64,000 bases of DNA, taken from assembly GCA_035221665.1 (NCBI GenBank), contig CM069134.1, positions 20,584,001 to 20,648,000 of the forward strand. Direction: 5' to 3'. Source of the stretch: Okamejei kenojei (Eukaryota). Under the pieces are notes generated by a model, which made no database searches, was not told the DNA's origin, and was given only the letters and a program-made list of their open reading frames with translations. Of the stretch, positions 61,981 through 64,000 are shown piece by piece (position 1 is the first letter of the stretch; each line of letters begins with the position of its first letter). The position numbers were made by a program, and so were the translations under genes.

Positions 61981-63084
61981 TGCCTTGTATTTTATCTGCA
62001 AGTACATTTATAGGCCTTTCAGCAACTTAAAAATTAACAATTACGATTTAAAATGTTTAATAACTATTTCATTTGAATTATATTTACTATCAAAAAACGC
62101 AAATTTACATTTCTTTCCACGAAAATTTAGTTTGTCATGAAGTGTCCCATTTTCCCCACCTCTATGCTTCAAGGAAATGTTCATATCTTGCTTACTGCAG
62201 TCCCTGAGATTCATAAAATGATTGCTGCATAGAAGGAACATTACAAACGCCCATATATCGAATGGGAGGACATATAGGATGAAATGGGGTTCAGTCCGGG
62301 ATGAATGGGGTAACAGAAATGCTGGAGAAATTCATCGGGTGAGCAGCATCTATGGAGCTAAGAAATTCGGCAACGTTTCGGGTCGAGACTCTTCTCATAC
62401 AGTTTCCCACCATCTTCTTGAATGGGAGATCAGTACAGGATGGAGGGGGGGGGGTCCACACAGATCATGGGGGAAGATCAGTAATGTTTGCTGTGAAGGA
62501 CCGCGAAAATTACCATGATATGAGCCAAAGCATGGTCGTTATTGCAATTGGCACAAGAAACACTCTGGCTTCGCACATAATTTATCACATAACAAAATAT
62601 ACAGTTTCAAAGGGAAATTTAAAAGGCCATTTTTATATAATAGCTGTTTAAACAACTTATACCTTCTGACCAGTTAAACATTACACTAACTGTCAAGTGA
62701 TGGCCAAAGGACAAAACTGCAGCAAATGTTCTTTTAGGAAATAGTTTAAAGGTCCAAAAACACATAATAACATGGAAATTAAAACACATTTGATTGCATT
62801 CCGTTATCATCACACAATAGCAATGTTCGCAACTCTGACAGAGCCATAGACTCACAACAGGGTCATGGGGTTTTGTGAATCAGTGGGGGTGGATAAGTGC
62901 GGGGGGGGGGGGGTTTGAGTAGACTGACGGGGCGGAATGGGATGGATTGAGGCAAGTGAATTTAGTACGTGTTGGATGAGTATGTAAAATTTGAGGGGAG
63001 ACACGGGGGATGTTAGTGGGTGTTGAATGGGGAATCAGTACGGATGGATGGGATGGGGGGTCAGTACAGAATAAATGCGCGGAT

Positions 63085-63390
63085 GGACAAAAATGCTGGA
63101 GAAATTCAGACGGGCGGCGGCAGCATCAATGTAGCTAAGGAAATTATGCAAACGTTTCGGGTCGAGGAGGAGCGGGTAGAACACTGTTCTGGCCGCCTGT
63201 TCGTGCCCGTCCATTCGCTTCCGACCCTTCGTCACCACCACCTGGATCTTTGCCCGCAACAAAGATACTAAGTCAATACAGGCCGCCCCGTCGCCACGAA
63301 ACGTCACGCTCCTATTCTCTCCAGAGATGCTGCCACGACCCGAGGAGTTACTCCATTTTTTTTGTTCTCTTTCTGGTATAAAACCAGTAT
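63085..63390. mobile_element. Inverted pair of Penelope-derived short repeats (degenerate)
   Basis: gacaaaaatgctggagaaa...aacgtttcgggtcgag at 63087-63166 and cgaaacgtcac...ctccagagatgctgcc...ttactcca at about 63297-63390. Confidence 0.6.
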
Positions 63391-64000
63391 TTGCTTGCCA
63401 AGCCGGGCAAAATGAGTCGGCGATTAGGTTACCCACGGCCCATTAGTGGTCATTGGCAACCCGGGCAACTGCTAATTTCGAGCCCTGCATTGTTAAAAAA
63501 TATTTTCAGGACTCTCTCAAACCCACAATTGTCTAAAATGTTTTTAAACTGCTTTTCCTCAGTCACACCCTGCCCCGACACATGAAATGTTTCAGCACAT
63601 AGACACTGCACCTGTTACACTGTTACATACACTAATATAGAAATAATAACCTTTATTCTATTTGACTATCTAAAATTTTCCAATGAAATGCATTAACACA
63701 GATCTTTTCCAGCCTTAAACATCATATGCTATACATCGCCCATCGTACCAGTTGTTTGTGTCCTGTTCCAACAGGGAATCGGTTACTACTTTCTCCTATG
63801 ATAAACCCACAGTTGACTATTGATTGCTTTTTATGCTTTTAGCCAATTTTTCATATCTATTGAATCATCGCCCATTAATCTTTCAGCTTTAATTTTTTTA
63901 ATGATGGGACAGGCATTTTACTGAACCACATTTTAAAGAGCAAAATGGAGCCACGGGCAATGTTGACAGTTCATAAGAAGCTATGCAGAACGGACAGAAA

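Noticed and set aside
57900-64000. Apparently accelerated divergence of repeats in the last 6 kb
   Set aside because: The many scattered 1-2 nt indels could equally be low consensus accuracy of the assembly; this cannot be resolved without reads.

Overview
Eukaryotic (vertebrate) genomic DNA. The repeat families suggest a cartilaginous fish, probably a skate or ray (inference). It is AT-rich, and nearly all ORFs in the supplied track are spurious. (1) About 7.3-36.5 kb (+): the 3' half of EPB41L3 (protein 4.1B/DAL-1). I read 11 confident phase-0 coding exons with AG/GT sites, covering a hydrophobic U2 exon, the spectrin-actin-binding region and the CTD ending ...TPEDGDD*. There are also two candidate extra cassette exons and a non-coding last exon with polyA signals. 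(2) 36.8-48.7 kb: three full-length but broken Passport-like DD34E Tc1 transposons; copies 2 and 3 are in tandem and copy 1 is inverted relative to them. (3) About 56.4-57.1 kb: a CpG island with a probable non-coding first exon, possibly ZBTB14 by synteny, preceded by a Helitron-like tandem and a 46-bp minisatellite. (4) Dense retroelement debris: CR1, L2, Tx1, Rex1/Babar, V-SINE and Penelope. The most interesting signals are RNA-structural. More than 10 short Penelope-derived insertions carry a minimal hammerhead-ribozyme core, and four have 13-17 bp target-site duplications. A separate 141-bp retroposon has a 5' end that folds by eye as a minimal HDV-like ribozyme. All family assignments rest on recognition of motifs, not on database searches.
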